Shown here one piece after another: positions 48,871-59,074 of a stretch of 64,000 bases of DNA. A model generated the notes under the pieces. That model was not told where the DNA came from. It saw only the letters and a list, made by a program, of their open reading frames with translations, and searched no databases. Numbering within the stretch: the first letter of the stretch is position 1; the number at the start of each line of letters is the position of its first letter. This DNA comes from Prevotella sp. GTDB taxonomy: Bacteria; Bacteroidota; Bacteroidia; Bacteroidales; Dysgonomonadaceae. Made by a program: the position numbers and the translations under genes. The stretch is taken from positions 32,001-96,000 of the forward strand of contig JAITVV010000043.1 in the NCBI GenBank assembly GCA_031285625.1, written 5' to 3'.

Positions 48871-51699
48871 ATGAATAATTTAACCAGGTATACCTTCTTT
48901 CTATTATTTATCTCCTTACCTATTATATCAGTTTTTTCCAATAAGCCTCATGTTATCAATCTCCAAAAAGCAAGATATAAAGCTGATAATAAAAACTGGT
49001 CGATAGACCAGGATGAACGAGGGGTTATGTATTTTGGAAATGACATCGGATTGCTAGAATTTGATGGTATAGAGTGGAAATTAAACCGTATACCAAACTC
49101 TCTAACTGCCAGATCTGTGGCTGTGCAATCACATAATACGATCTTTACAGGTAGCTACGAAGAATTTGGCAGATGGGATCGGGATATTTCCGGAAAATTA
49201 ATTTATACATCATTAAGCGATCAATTAGATAAAGCCCTTTTCAAAAATGATGATTTCTGGAAAATATGGATTGCCGAAGATTGTGTTTATTTTCAGTCTT
49301 TTTCGTCAATATACATATATGATTTCGAAACAGTAAAACCTTTGCGTGCCGAAAAAGAGTTCCTCTTCTTATCTAAGGTCAGAGATGAGTTTTTGGTACA
49401 GCAAATGCTAGGACCTATTTATAGATTAAAAGGCTCAACTTTAACAAAAATCGAAGGAAGTGAAATTTTTCGTAATACTGACGTTCGTGTAATATTACCC
49501 TATTCCACAGATAAATATTTGATAGGCACATCAACAAATGGAATCTATATCTATGATGGAATATCATTCAACGAATGGAATCCTCAATTATCAGCTACAT
49601 TAAATTCGGCTGAGTTAAACTGTGGAATCAGAGCCAGTGACGGAACATATTTTTTGGGGACAATATTAAATGGCATTTATCAAGTTGACCAAAATGGTCA
49701 TATTAAAGATAACATATCTACTGAAAGCACTTTACAAAACAATACAATACTTTCACTTTACGAGGATGATCTTGGAAATATATGGGCAGCTTTGGACAAA
49801 GGAATTTCTTACATTCAATATATAGAAAATATAAGCTGCTATACAGATCAAAGAGGGAATACCGGAGCAGTGTACGGAGCTGCTCTTTGGAAAGATAAAT
49901 TATTCATAGGAACCAATCAAGGTGTTTTTAGCATAACTAAAGAAGACCTCAATAAACCTTATGCCCTATCAAGAATGAAACTGGTAAATGGTACACAAGG
50001 GCAGGTTTGGGCTCTCAAAGTTATTGGAGAAAAGTTATATTGTTGCCATAATAAAGGGTTGAAAGAGATACAGGCTAATGGGGCATCTGTAGATGTGTAC
50101 AACATAGGCACAGGTGTATATAATATATCCGAAGCTATTTACAAAGACAGGAGCCTGCTATTCTTGTCAACTTATCAATCCCTAAAGATCATAGATAGAG
50201 AAACAAAGAAAGTATTTGATCCGCGTCAGATATCCGAACCAATAATAAATGCTGACGTAGATCATCTGGGAAATATATGGTTAGAACATTTCAACAGAGG
50301 GATATATCGTTGTAAACTTGAAGATAACCTGTCAGGCTTTCAGACATTTTCATACTATGGGGGTAGTAATAAAGATAATCTGCCATATAAACTGAAGATG
50401 TTTAAAGTAGGCGGACGCATTGTGCTGTTGGGAAATAATAAATTCTTTACGTATGATGATATAGCCAATAAAATAATACCTAATACGCTATTAGACGAAT
50501 GTTTTAGGAATATTAAAAATCTAAAACAAGTAATCCATATTCAAAACAATATATTTTGGGCGCTTACCGATGCTTCGGTTTATAAATTTTCTTATGACGG
50601 ATACGAAGCAAACATTCTTGAGAGTTATAATTTAGGGATGAATCTATCATTAGTAAACACCTACGAGAACATATCAATATTAAATGATTCGACCAGCCTT
50701 ATTTGCCTTGATAATGGCTTCTTACTTTATCAGAAAGAGAAAAGCACTTCTAATAACTATCAGCACAAACTGCCGCTCCCCTACCTTGCATCATTGGAAA
50801 CGATGAGTACAAGTGGAGACGTCGAATATAAAGGTATATCTCAGGCTGCTCAGATACCATACGATTCCAATACTATATCATTTAGTTTTTCTGCAGAAAA
50901 CGCATTTGCTTCAAATTTCTCTTTTCAATATATGCTACAAAATGTAGATAATAACTGGTCGGCACCCGCAAAGATAAATGAAGTAACATATGCTCGTTTA
51001 CCTGAAGGTAAATATGTATTTATGATCCGCTCCGTTGATAATTTAGGAAATTACTCAGAAATCGTATCATATGAATTTGAGATATTGTCGCCATGGTATC
51101 AAACTATTGGGGCTTATATAGTATATATACTTATTTTTATAGCCATCATGTATGGAGTATGGTTACTAATACTTAGACGTTACCGTAATCTCCACCTACA
51201 AAAGATCAGACATCGTGAAACAAAACGTTTGAGAGCATTGACGGGTGAGCTTCAACAAGAAGTGGAACAGAAAAGTGCAGAACTACTCACTCAAACATCA
51301 TTCATTATACAAAAGAATGAATTGATCTTAAAAGTAAAAGATATTATTGATGAATTTTACTCCCGGAATAAGAGCAGTGCCCTAATACCACTATATCAAA
51401 AGATAAACGCACTTCTCAACAACAACCTTAATACTGAAGATGACTGGAAAACATTTTTATTAAAATTTGAAGAAAAACATACAGGGTTCTTTAAAAAAAT
51501 GAAAGCATTATATCCTCAGTTAACCAACAATGACCTCCGGCTATGTGCTTGCTTAAAATTAAATTTAGAAACGAAAGAGATAGCTTCGCTCATGAATTTA
51601 TCAATAAGAGCTGTTGAAAACAGTCGATATAGATTAAGAAAAAAGTTAAATTTACTACCTTCCCAAAATCTGAATGAGTTTTTTCTTGATATCGATTAA
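48871..51699 (+). CDS. Membrane-spanning one-component regulator: beta-propeller/Y_Y_Y sensor, TM, LuxR-type HTH
   Basis: NWSIDQD...GLLEFDG propeller, YMLQNVDNNWS...YARLPEGKYVFMIRS, PWY-TM, LTNNDLRLC...KEIA...VENSRYRLRKKL. Confidence 0.85.
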   Translation: MNNLTRYTFFLLFISLPIISVFSNKPHVINLQKARYKADNKNWSIDQDERGVMYFGNDIGLLEFDGIEWKLNRIPNSLTARSVAVQSHNTIFTGSYEEFGRWDRDISGKLIYTSLSDQLDKALFKNDDFWKIWIAEDCVYFQSFSSIYIYDFETVKPLRAEKEFLFLSKVRDEFLVQQMLGPIYRLKGSTLTKIEGSEIFRNTDVRVILPYSTDKYLIGTSTNGIYIYDGISFNEWNPQLSATLNSAELNCGIRASDGTYFLGTILNGIYQVDQNGHIKDNISTESTLQNNTILSLYEDDLGNIWAALDKGISYIQYIENISCYTDQRGNTGAVYGAALWKDKLFIGTNQGVFSITKEDLNKPYALSRMKLVNGTQGQVWALKVIGEKLYCCHNKGLKEIQANGASVDVYNIGTGVYNISEAIYKDRSLLFLSTYQSLKIIDRETKKVFDPRQISEPIINADVDHLGNIWLEHFNRGIYRCKLEDNLSGFQTFSYYGGSNKDNLPYKLKMFKVGGRIVLLGNNKFFTYDDIANKIIPNTLLDECFRNIKNLKQVIHIQNNIFWALTDASVYKFSYDGYEANILESYNLGMNLSLVNTYENISILNDSTSLICLDNGFLLYQKEKSTSNNYQHKLPLPYLASLETMSTSGDVEYKGISQAAQIPYDSNTISFSFSAENAFASNFSFQYMLQNVDNNWSAPAKINEVTYARLPEGKYVFMIRSVDNLGNYSEIVSYEFEILSPWYQTIGAYIVYILIFIAIMYGVWLLILRRYRNLHLQKIRHRETKRLRALTGELQQEVEQKSAELLTQTSFIIQKNELILKVKDIIDEFYSRNKSSALIPLYQKINALLNNNLNTEDDWKTFLLKFEEKHTGFFKKMKALYPQLTNNDLRLCACLKLNLETKEIASLMNLSIRAVENSRYRLRKKLNLLPSQNLNEFFLDID

Positions 51700-51999
51700 C
51701 AAATATAAAACTTTATAAAACTGCATATTACATTAATTTAAGTGGTAAAAGTGAGGTGCGAGTATTGTTAAAAAACGGATGTAAGTGTTTACGATGTATT
51801 AACTTTTAAAAACACTTTATCTGCAATATCTACATTTGACAAAAATCTAATATCATACGCACAGAAAACGCCACGATTGTCAAAACCATCAGTTTATTGA
51901 AAAATACTTAAAATCCCTTTTTATAACAATCAGCCTTTTTCCTGTCGTTCATAGTAGATTTTTACTCGCAAAATGTGTGTTTAAATAAAAAGTAAGACT

Positions 52000-54900
52000 A
52001 TGAAAATTAAACCTAGAAATTCAAAGAATTCAATTTCTCTTTTCCGAAAGTATCTTGTGTTCTTCGCATGCTTCCTAGTATTGGGGACTGCAAGTGCTTA
52101 TGGACAGAGCAAGACAATTACCGGAACAGTCACAGACCAAGCCAATGAGCCTTTAATAGGCGTTAGTGTACGCATTCAGGGTACAACTACAGGTACCATT
52201 ACGGATATAGATGGTAGCTATTCCATCTCTGCTAATCCAAAAGATGTTTTGGAATTTTCATTTATTGGTATGAAAGCCCAGTTAATTACTGTAGGTTCAC
52301 AAAACTCAATAAATATTGTACTGGAAGATGATGCTACAATGTTGACAGAAACTGTGGTTATCGGTTATGGTACAGCTAAGAAACGTGACTTAACCGGATC
52401 TATAGCCAGTATCAAAGCCGACGATATAGCCAATCGCCCATCTGCCAATCCATTAGCTTCATTACAAGGAAAAGTAGCTGGTGTACAGGTAGTAAATACA
52501 GGTATTGCCGGTCAGGATCCTGAAATCCGTATTCGCGGTACGAACTCTATTAATGGATACAAACCATTATATGTTGTTGATGGACTATTTAATGATAATA
52601 TTAATTTCCTGAACTCTGCTGATATTGAATCAATGGAGATTTTAAAAGACCCGTCTTCTCTCGCAATCTTTGGTGTACGTGGAGCAAATGGTGTTATTAT
52701 CGTAACAACTAAGAAAGCAAAAGAAGGCCAGACTTTAGTTAATATCAACACATCATTCGGATTCAAATCCGTTGTTGATAAAATTAAGATGGCCAACGCA
52801 TCTCAATTTAAAGAACTTTATTCAGAACAATTGGAAAATCAGGGAGCAGCAGCTTTCGATTATACCAACTGGAATGCAGATACCAACTGGCAGGATGAGA
52901 TATTCCAAAGCGGTTTCATCACAAATAATAATATCAGTATTACATCTTCTACCGAAAAGAACAAATTCTACATGGGTGTAGGTTATACATCTGAGGAAGG
53001 TAATATCAAACATGAGGAATATAGTAAGATTACGATCAACTTGAGTAGCGATTATAGTATCACAAAAGACCTGAAAGTAGGTTTCCAGTTTAATGGAGCC
53101 CGTGCTACTCCTATCAATACTGAACAAGGACTGTATACTAATGGGTTGAAAAACGCACTATATGCTGCTCCTATTGCAACTCCATATAATGCACAGGAAG
53201 GATTATATAATACACTCCCTAGCTTCCAAAAAAATGAAGTATCAAATCCAATGAGTTTTGTTGAATTACAAAAAAACACAAATAAAGTGATTGATTACAG
53301 AGCTTCTGGTAATATCTATGGGGATTTAACTTTCTTCAAGAATTTCAACTTCCGTGTAATGTACTCACTGGATTACAGATCATATGACAGCAGATTATAC
53401 ACTCCTAAAAGAACTCTGTATGACGTAGACACACAACAATCTGTAGTAATGGGAGATGGTAAAACAGCAGTAGAACAACAAAAACAAAATGAAACGAAGG
53501 TTCAGGCTGACTACTTATTGACTTATACAAACAGCTTTAACAACCACAATATTACAGCAACTGCAGGTTTTACTACATATTACAACAGCTTATCCAGCGT
53601 TACAGCAAAACGTGGCGAAGGAAATGGTCTTCCTATAGCAAATGATCCGGACAAATGGTTTGTGAGCATCGGAGACCCGGATGCATCTACAACAGGTAGT
53701 ACTCAATGGGAACGTTCTACAGTATCATTCCTATTCAGAGCATTATACAACTATAAAAACAAATACCTTTTTAATGGTTCATTCCGTCGCGATGGATCAT
53801 CAGCATTCTTCTATACAGGAAATGAATGGCAAAATTTCTATTCTGTTGGAGCAGGTTGGGTAATGACAGAAGAAGACTTCATGAAAAATGTCACTTTCCT
53901 TGATTATTTGAAACTGAAAGGATCATGGGGAACTTTAGGTAATCAGAATATGAGTAGAGTATATCCTGCAGAACCAATTCTTACAAATACAACCTCTGCT
54001 GTATTTGGAGACAATATTATCCCGGGATATTCAAAACAATATCTTCCTAATGCAAACCTAAGATGGGAAAAAGTAGAAGCATGGGAGGCCGGTCTCGAAA
54101 CTTATTTCTTAAGAAACAGATTAAACTTTGAAGGAGTTTATTACAAGAAAAATACGAAAGACCTATTGGCAGAAGTACCAGGTATAACCGGAACTACTCC
54201 TGGATTGGGTAATCTTGGTGAAATAGAAAACAAAGGAGTTGAACTTTCCTTATCATGGAATGACAAAATCGGATCTGATTGGAGATACGGAGTAAGTGCA
54301 AACTTAACTACAATCAAAAATAAAGTAATATCACTGGTTCAGGATGGATATACAATTACAGATGGTACATCCGGTCTTCCAATGATGTCTTATACTCAGG
54401 CTGGTTACCCTATCGGATATTTCTACGGATACAAAGTTGATGGTATTTACCAATCAGATAACGATATTGCTAATTCTCCTGTAAACAAACTAACTACAGT
54501 ACAACCTGGAGATCTTAAATTTAAAGATGTAAATGGTGACGGAGAAATCACAACTGCAGATAGAACACAAATTGGTAATCCGACTCCGGATTTCACATAT
54601 GGAGTTTCGGTGAATGTTGGATACAAGAATTTCGATCTGTCTGTTGATATGATGGGTGTTCAAGGAAACGAAATATATCGTACATGGAATATTTATGAAT
54701 GGTCTCAGTTCAACTATCTTGAAAGCAGAATGGACAGATGGCATGGTGAAGGTACTTCGAATACCGAACCGATATTAAACAGAAAAAGAGCAATCAATGG
54801 AAAAGATTATCCATCAGAATATTTTGTAGAAGATGGTAGCTTCTTCCGTATCAGAAACATACAATTAGGATATACTTTTGGTGCAGACATGTTGAAAAAA

Positions 54901-55071
54901 CTAAGAATGAAATCCCTAAGAGTATATGTAAATGCTCAGAATCCTAAAACATGGAAAAACAATACAGGTTATACACCGGAAATCGGAGGATCTGCCACAG
55001 CATTTGGCATCGATTCTAATCCATATCCTATGCCTGCAGTTTATACATTTGGTTTAAATCTTACATTTTAA
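52000..55071 (+). CDS. susC: SusC/RagA TonB-dependent transporter
   Basis: TITDIDGSY, VVIGYG, DLTGS, PLYVVDG, LKDPSSLAIFGVRGANGVIIVTTK, C-terminal F; TACATTTG promoter motif 51831-51838. Confidence 0.95.
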   Translation: MKIKPRNSKNSISLFRKYLVFFACFLVLGTASAYGQSKTITGTVTDQANEPLIGVSVRIQGTTTGTITDIDGSYSISANPKDVLEFSFIGMKAQLITVGSQNSINIVLEDDATMLTETVVIGYGTAKKRDLTGSIASIKADDIANRPSANPLASLQGKVAGVQVVNTGIAGQDPEIRIRGTNSINGYKPLYVVDGLFNDNINFLNSADIESMEILKDPSSLAIFGVRGANGVIIVTTKKAKEGQTLVNINTSFGFKSVVDKIKMANASQFKELYSEQLENQGAAAFDYTNWNADTNWQDEIFQSGFITNNNISITSSTEKNKFYMGVGYTSEEGNIKHEEYSKITINLSSDYSITKDLKVGFQFNGARATPINTEQGLYTNGLKNALYAAPIATPYNAQEGLYNTLPSFQKNEVSNPMSFVELQKNTNKVIDYRASGNIYGDLTFFKNFNFRVMYSLDYRSYDSRLYTPKRTLYDVDTQQSVVMGDGKTAVEQQKQNETKVQADYLLTYTNSFNNHNITATAGFTTYYNSLSSVTAKRGEGNGLPIANDPDKWFVSIGDPDASTTGSTQWERSTVSFLFRALYNYKNKYLFNGSFRRDGSSAFFYTGNEWQNFYSVGAGWVMTEEDFMKNVTFLDYLKLKGSWGTLGNQNMSRVYPAEPILTNTTSAVFGDNIIPGYSKQYLPNANLRWEKVEAWEAGLETYFLRNRLNFEGVYYKKNTKDLLAEVPGITGTTPGLGNLGEIENKGVELSLSWNDKIGSDWRYGVSANLTTIKNKVISLVQDGYTITDGTSGLPMMSYTQAGYPIGYFYGYKVDGIYQSDNDIANSPVNKLTTVQPGDLKFKDVNGDGEITTADRTQIGNPTPDFTYGVSVNVGYKNFDLSVDMMGVQGNEIYRTWNIYEWSQFNYLESRMDRWHGEGTSNTEPILNRKRAINGKDYPSEYFVEDGSFFRIRNIQLGYTFGADMLKKLRMKSLRVYVNAQNPKTWKNNTGYTPEIGGSATAFGIDSNPYPMPAVYTFGLNLTF

Positions 55072-55084
55072 AGAATAAATTATT

Positions 55085-56605
55085 ATGAAACGAATTTTTA
55101 ATAAATATATATATGCTGCAATAATTGCTATTTTAGCAATATCAGTTGTCGGATGTAGCGATTTCTTGGACAAGAGTCCTCAGGGAAGTTTTACTGAGGA
55201 TGATGATACCAGCGGAGGTCTGGAAGCAAAAGTATTTGGTGTCTATTCAAAGATGAGAAGTTATAACATAACAGCCGGAATACCTGCTTTTGCAGTACAT
55301 ATGTTCCGTTCCGAAGACTCGGAGAAAGGAAGTACAGAAAATGACGGACCCGATAATGCTGCTTTCTGGGACAACTTCGAATATACTCCTTCAAATGGTA
55401 TATTAGGCACATACTGGAACCACAATTATTCAATTATACATGATTGTAATAATGTTATCGATACACTTCAAAAGATAAATAATAAAGACTTTGCTAGCCT
55501 GGAAGCAGAAGCTAAATTCTTTAGAGCATATTGCTATTTTAACTTAGTAAGAGCATGGGGCGATGTTCCTAAAATTGATTTCCCTATCAAAGATGCTTCT
55601 GAAGCAAATATACCAAAGAATACTGCTGCTGAGATCTATACACTGATTGATACTGACCTTACTTTTGCAGAAGCTAATCTGCCTCAATCTTGGGAAACAA
55701 AGTACGTAGGTCGTTTAACCTGGGGTGCTGCCAGATCTTTACATGCAAGAACATATATGATGCGTAACGACTGGGGGAATATGCTTGCTGCTTCTAAAGA
55801 AGTTATCAATTCAGGCATATATAATCTGAATACAGCAGTAGATCAGGTATTTACAGATGCAGGAGAAAACTGTGGAGAATCAATCTTTGAGCTACAATGT
55901 ACATCTACTGCAGCTAAACCGGGAAGCACAGATATCGGTAGTCAATTCTGTCAGGTACAAGGCGTCAGAGGTGCAGGTCAATGGAACCTCGGCTGGGGAT
56001 GGCACATGGCTACAAAAGAAGTAGCTAAAGCTTTTGAAGATGGTGACCCTCGAAAAGATGCAAGTCTGCTTTATTTTAGAAAACCGGGAGAAGAAATTAC
56101 ACCTGAAAACACAAATAAACCTTACGGAGAATCTCCTGTATCTGAAGCAATGGGTGCATACTTTAATAAGAAAGCATATACTAACCCCGCTATGAGAGCA
56201 AAATATTCAAGAGAAGGTTTCTGGGTAAATATTCGTATTATCCGCTATCCGGATGTTATTCTGATGGGTGCTGAAGCAGCTAACGAATTGGGAAATACTA
56301 CAGATGCATTAAAATATCTGGAAATGGTAAGAGCTCATGCAAGAGGAGCAAGCACCAGCATATTACCGGAAGTAACTACAACAGACCAAGTAGAATTGAG
56401 AAAAGCAATTCAACGTGAAAGAAGAGCGGAATTAGCTCTTGAACCGGATCGTTTCTATGATCTTGTACGTTGGGGTACAGCTAAAGAAGTATTACATGCT
56501 GTCGGTAAAACGAATTACCAGGATAAACATGCTCTTCTACCGGTTCCTCAGTCTGAAATAGATAAATCAAACGGTGTTTTGAAACAAAACCCGAATTATC
56601 AATAA
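55085..56605 (+). CDS. susD: SusD/RagB lipoprotein
   Basis: Lipobox VGCSDFLD, EAKFFRAYCYFNLVRAWGDVP, IRYPDVIL, ERRAELALE, RFYDLVRWG, QNPNY. Confidence 0.95.
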   Translation: MKRIFNKYIYAAIIAILAISVVGCSDFLDKSPQGSFTEDDDTSGGLEAKVFGVYSKMRSYNITAGIPAFAVHMFRSEDSEKGSTENDGPDNAAFWDNFEYTPSNGILGTYWNHNYSIIHDCNNVIDTLQKINNKDFASLEAEAKFFRAYCYFNLVRAWGDVPKIDFPIKDASEANIPKNTAAEIYTLIDTDLTFAEANLPQSWETKYVGRLTWGAARSLHARTYMMRNDWGNMLAASKEVINSGIYNLNTAVDQVFTDAGENCGESIFELQCTSTAAKPGSTDIGSQFCQVQGVRGAGQWNLGWGWHMATKEVAKAFEDGDPRKDASLLYFRKPGEEITPENTNKPYGESPVSEAMGAYFNKKAYTNPAMRAKYSREGFWVNIRIIRYPDVILMGAEAANELGNTTDALKYLEMVRAHARGASTSILPEVTTTDQVELRKAIQRERRAELALEPDRFYDLVRWGTAKEVLHAVGKTNYQDKHALLPVPQSEIDKSNGVLKQNPNYQ

Positions 56606-56632
56606 GATTGTTTTTTGTTATCACATTATTAG

Positions 56633-56662
56633 TAGTAAGGGCTAGTTGTATAGCCCTTACTA
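56633..56662 (+). terminator. Intra-PUL hairpin after susD
   Basis: TAGTAAGGGCTA-loop-TAGCCCTTACTA; weak T tract. Confidence 0.55.
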
Positions 56663-56710
56663 ATTTAAGGTAAAAGATTAGTTTAGGTATCACAGAAATA
56701 AAAGGTAAAA

Positions 56711-59008
56711 ATGAAAGTAAGGCAATTATTAATGGTCTTTCTGGCTTCTTTTGCGATTATTGGCAATGTATATGGTCAGAGTAAAGACCCGAAAATGGAC
56801 AAATTCATCAATGATTTGATGAATAAGATGACACTGGAAGAGAAAATCGGACAGCTTAATCTGCCTAGTTCAGGAGACATAACAACAGGACAGGCTAAAA
56901 GCAGCAATATTGCTGAGAAAATAAAGAAAGGACAAGTCGGAGGACTATTCAATATAAAAGGAGTAGAAAAGATTAAAGAAGTTCAACGTGTTGCTGTAGA
57001 AGAAAGTCGTCTAAAGATTCCATTGATCTTCGGTATGGATGTTATCCATGGATATGAAACAGTATTTCCTATTCCATTAGGATTGGCTGCAACATGGGAT
57101 ATGGCTGCAGTTGAGCAATCTGCACGTATTGCAGCAGTAGAAGCCAGTGCTGATGGTATCTGCTGGACATTTAGTCCGATGGTAGATATCTCCAGAGATC
57201 CTCGCTGGGGACGTTTCTCTGAAGGGAACGGAGAAGACCCTTTTCTTGGAGGAAAGATAGCTAAGGCAATGGTTCGTGGATATCAGGGTGTAGGTGATAA
57301 AATGTATGCTTCAAACTCTAACATTATGGCTTGTGTAAAACATTATGCCCTATATGGAGCAGGAGAAGCCGGACGCGACTATAATACTGTGGATATGAGC
57401 CGCATCCGTATGTTTAACGAATATATGTATCCATATCAGGCTGCAGTGGAAGCAGGAATTGGTAGCGTAATGGCTTCTTTTAATGAAGTAGACGGAGTAC
57501 CTGCAACTGCTAACAAATGGCTGATGACTGATGTTCTACGTAAACAATGGGGCTTCAATGGATTTGTTGTTACCGATTACACTGGTATCAGCGAAATGAT
57601 TGATCATGGTATAGGTGATCTACAAACAGTATCTGCCCGTGCATTAAAAGCAGGAATAGATATGGATATGGTAAGTGAAGGCCTTTCAACAGTCGGAAAA
57701 TCTTTACAAGAAGGAAAAGTAACACAGGCTGAAATAGATCAGGCATGTCGCCGTATTCTGGAAGCAAAATATAAACTGGGATTATTTACCGATCCATATA
57801 AATATTGCGATATCAATCGTGCAAAAACAGAAATCTTTACAAAAGAGCATCGCGATGTAGCTCGTAAGATAGCTTCTGAAAGTTTTGTATTATTAAAAAA
57901 TGCCAATAATACCCTGCCTCTTAAAAAAGGAGGAACTATTGCTGTAGTTGGCCCGTTGGCTAATACGCGTTCCAATATGCCGGGTACATGGAGTGTTGCT
58001 GTAGATCTAACAAAACCTGCAACTGTAGTGGAAGGAATCCAGGCTGTAGCAGGAAATAATGCAAAGATTGTATACGCAAAAGGTAGTCACCTGATAAGCA
58101 ATGCCAAATATGAAGAAAATGCAACCATGTTTGGACGCACTTTACATAGAGATCAGGAAAAACGTAGCGATGAAGAAATGCTGAGAGAAGCATTAGAAGT
58201 TTCTAAAAATGCAGATGTAATAGTTGCTGCACTTGGCGAATCATCAGAGATGAGCGGTGAAGCCAGTAGCCGTACAGAAATCGGTATACCTGATGTACAA
58301 CAAGAATTACTAAGAGAACTCCTAAAAACAGGAAAGCCTGTTGTGTTAGTATTATTCACTGGTCGTCCATTAACCTTAACATGGGAAAATCAGAATGTTC
58401 CTGCTATATTGAATGTTTGGTTTGGAGGTACAGAAGCCGCTCATGCTATAGGAGATGTATTATTTGGAGATGTGAATCCTAGTGGAAAACTAGTTGCTAC
58501 ATTTCCGCAGAATGTCGGACAAATTCCTTTATTCTATAACCATAAAAATACAGGTCGTCCATTAGGAGAAGGTAAGTGGTTTGAGAAATTTCGCAGTAAC
58601 TATCTGGATGTAAGTAATGATCCTCTCTATCCTTTTGGATATGGGCTAAGTTATACTACATTCAATTATAGTGATGTAAAATTAAGTTCAACTACAATAA
58701 ACAGTACAGGAGAATTAACTGCTACAGTAACCGTAACCAATACTGGCAAATACGATGGATATGAAGTTGTTCAGCTCTATATACGCGATCTTGTAGGTAG
58801 TGTAACGCGCCCTGTAAAAGAGCTAAAAGGTTTTGAAAAAATATTTATTAAAGCAGGTGAATCAAAGAATATTAGTTTTAAGATTACACCGGAATTGTTG
58901 AGATTCTACAATTACGACCTTGATTATGTTTATGAGAAAGGTGATTTTGATGTAATGATTGGAGGGAATAGTCATGATGTTAAATCAGCTCGATTCACAT
59001 TAAACTAA
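56711..59008 (+). CDS. bglX: GH3 beta-glucosidase (BglX-type)
   Basis: GMDVIHG, RDPRWGR, CVKHY, SVMASFN, VVTDY, GIDMDM, MSGEASSR. Confidence 0.92.
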   Translation: MKVRQLLMVFLASFAIIGNVYGQSKDPKMDKFINDLMNKMTLEEKIGQLNLPSSGDITTGQAKSSNIAEKIKKGQVGGLFNIKGVEKIKEVQRVAVEESRLKIPLIFGMDVIHGYETVFPIPLGLAATWDMAAVEQSARIAAVEASADGICWTFSPMVDISRDPRWGRFSEGNGEDPFLGGKIAKAMVRGYQGVGDKMYASNSNIMACVKHYALYGAGEAGRDYNTVDMSRIRMFNEYMYPYQAAVEAGIGSVMASFNEVDGVPATANKWLMTDVLRKQWGFNGFVVTDYTGISEMIDHGIGDLQTVSARALKAGIDMDMVSEGLSTVGKSLQEGKVTQAEIDQACRRILEAKYKLGLFTDPYKYCDINRAKTEIFTKEHRDVARKIASESFVLLKNANNTLPLKKGGTIAVVGPLANTRSNMPGTWSVAVDLTKPATVVEGIQAVAGNNAKIVYAKGSHLISNAKYEENATMFGRTLHRDQEKRSDEEMLREALEVSKNADVIVAALGESSEMSGEASSRTEIGIPDVQQELLRELLKTGKPVVLVLFTGRPLTLTWENQNVPAILNVWFGGTEAAHAIGDVLFGDVNPSGKLVATFPQNVGQIPLFYNHKNTGRPLGEGKWFEKFRSNYLDVSNDPLYPFGYGLSYTTFNYSDVKLSSTTINSTGELTATVTVTNTGKYDGYEVVQLYIRDLVGSVTRPVKELKGFEKIFIKAGESKNISFKITPELLRFYNYDLDYVYEKGDFDVMIGGNSHDVKSARFTLN

Positions 59009-59025
59009 ATGCTTTAAAAAACTGG

Positions 59026-59058
59026 AAAAGAGACTATCGATAGTCATAGTCTCTTTTT
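59026..59058 (+). terminator. Hairpin/terminator after bglX
   Basis: AAAAGAGACTAT...ATAGTCTCTTTTT. Confidence 0.6.
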
Positions 59059-59074
59059 ACTAAAAAGAAAGGAT

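Noticed and set aside
51840-51999. Possible riboswitch or sRNA in the ~160-nt susC 5' UTR
   Set aside because: No recognisable aptamer motif or convincing stem found by eye; an Rfam/Infernal scan would be needed
59038-59052. Duplicated ATAGTC in a hairpin loop allowing two alternative stems
   Set aside because: Probably a local slippage duplication; both forms give a similar hairpin and there is no evidence of switching
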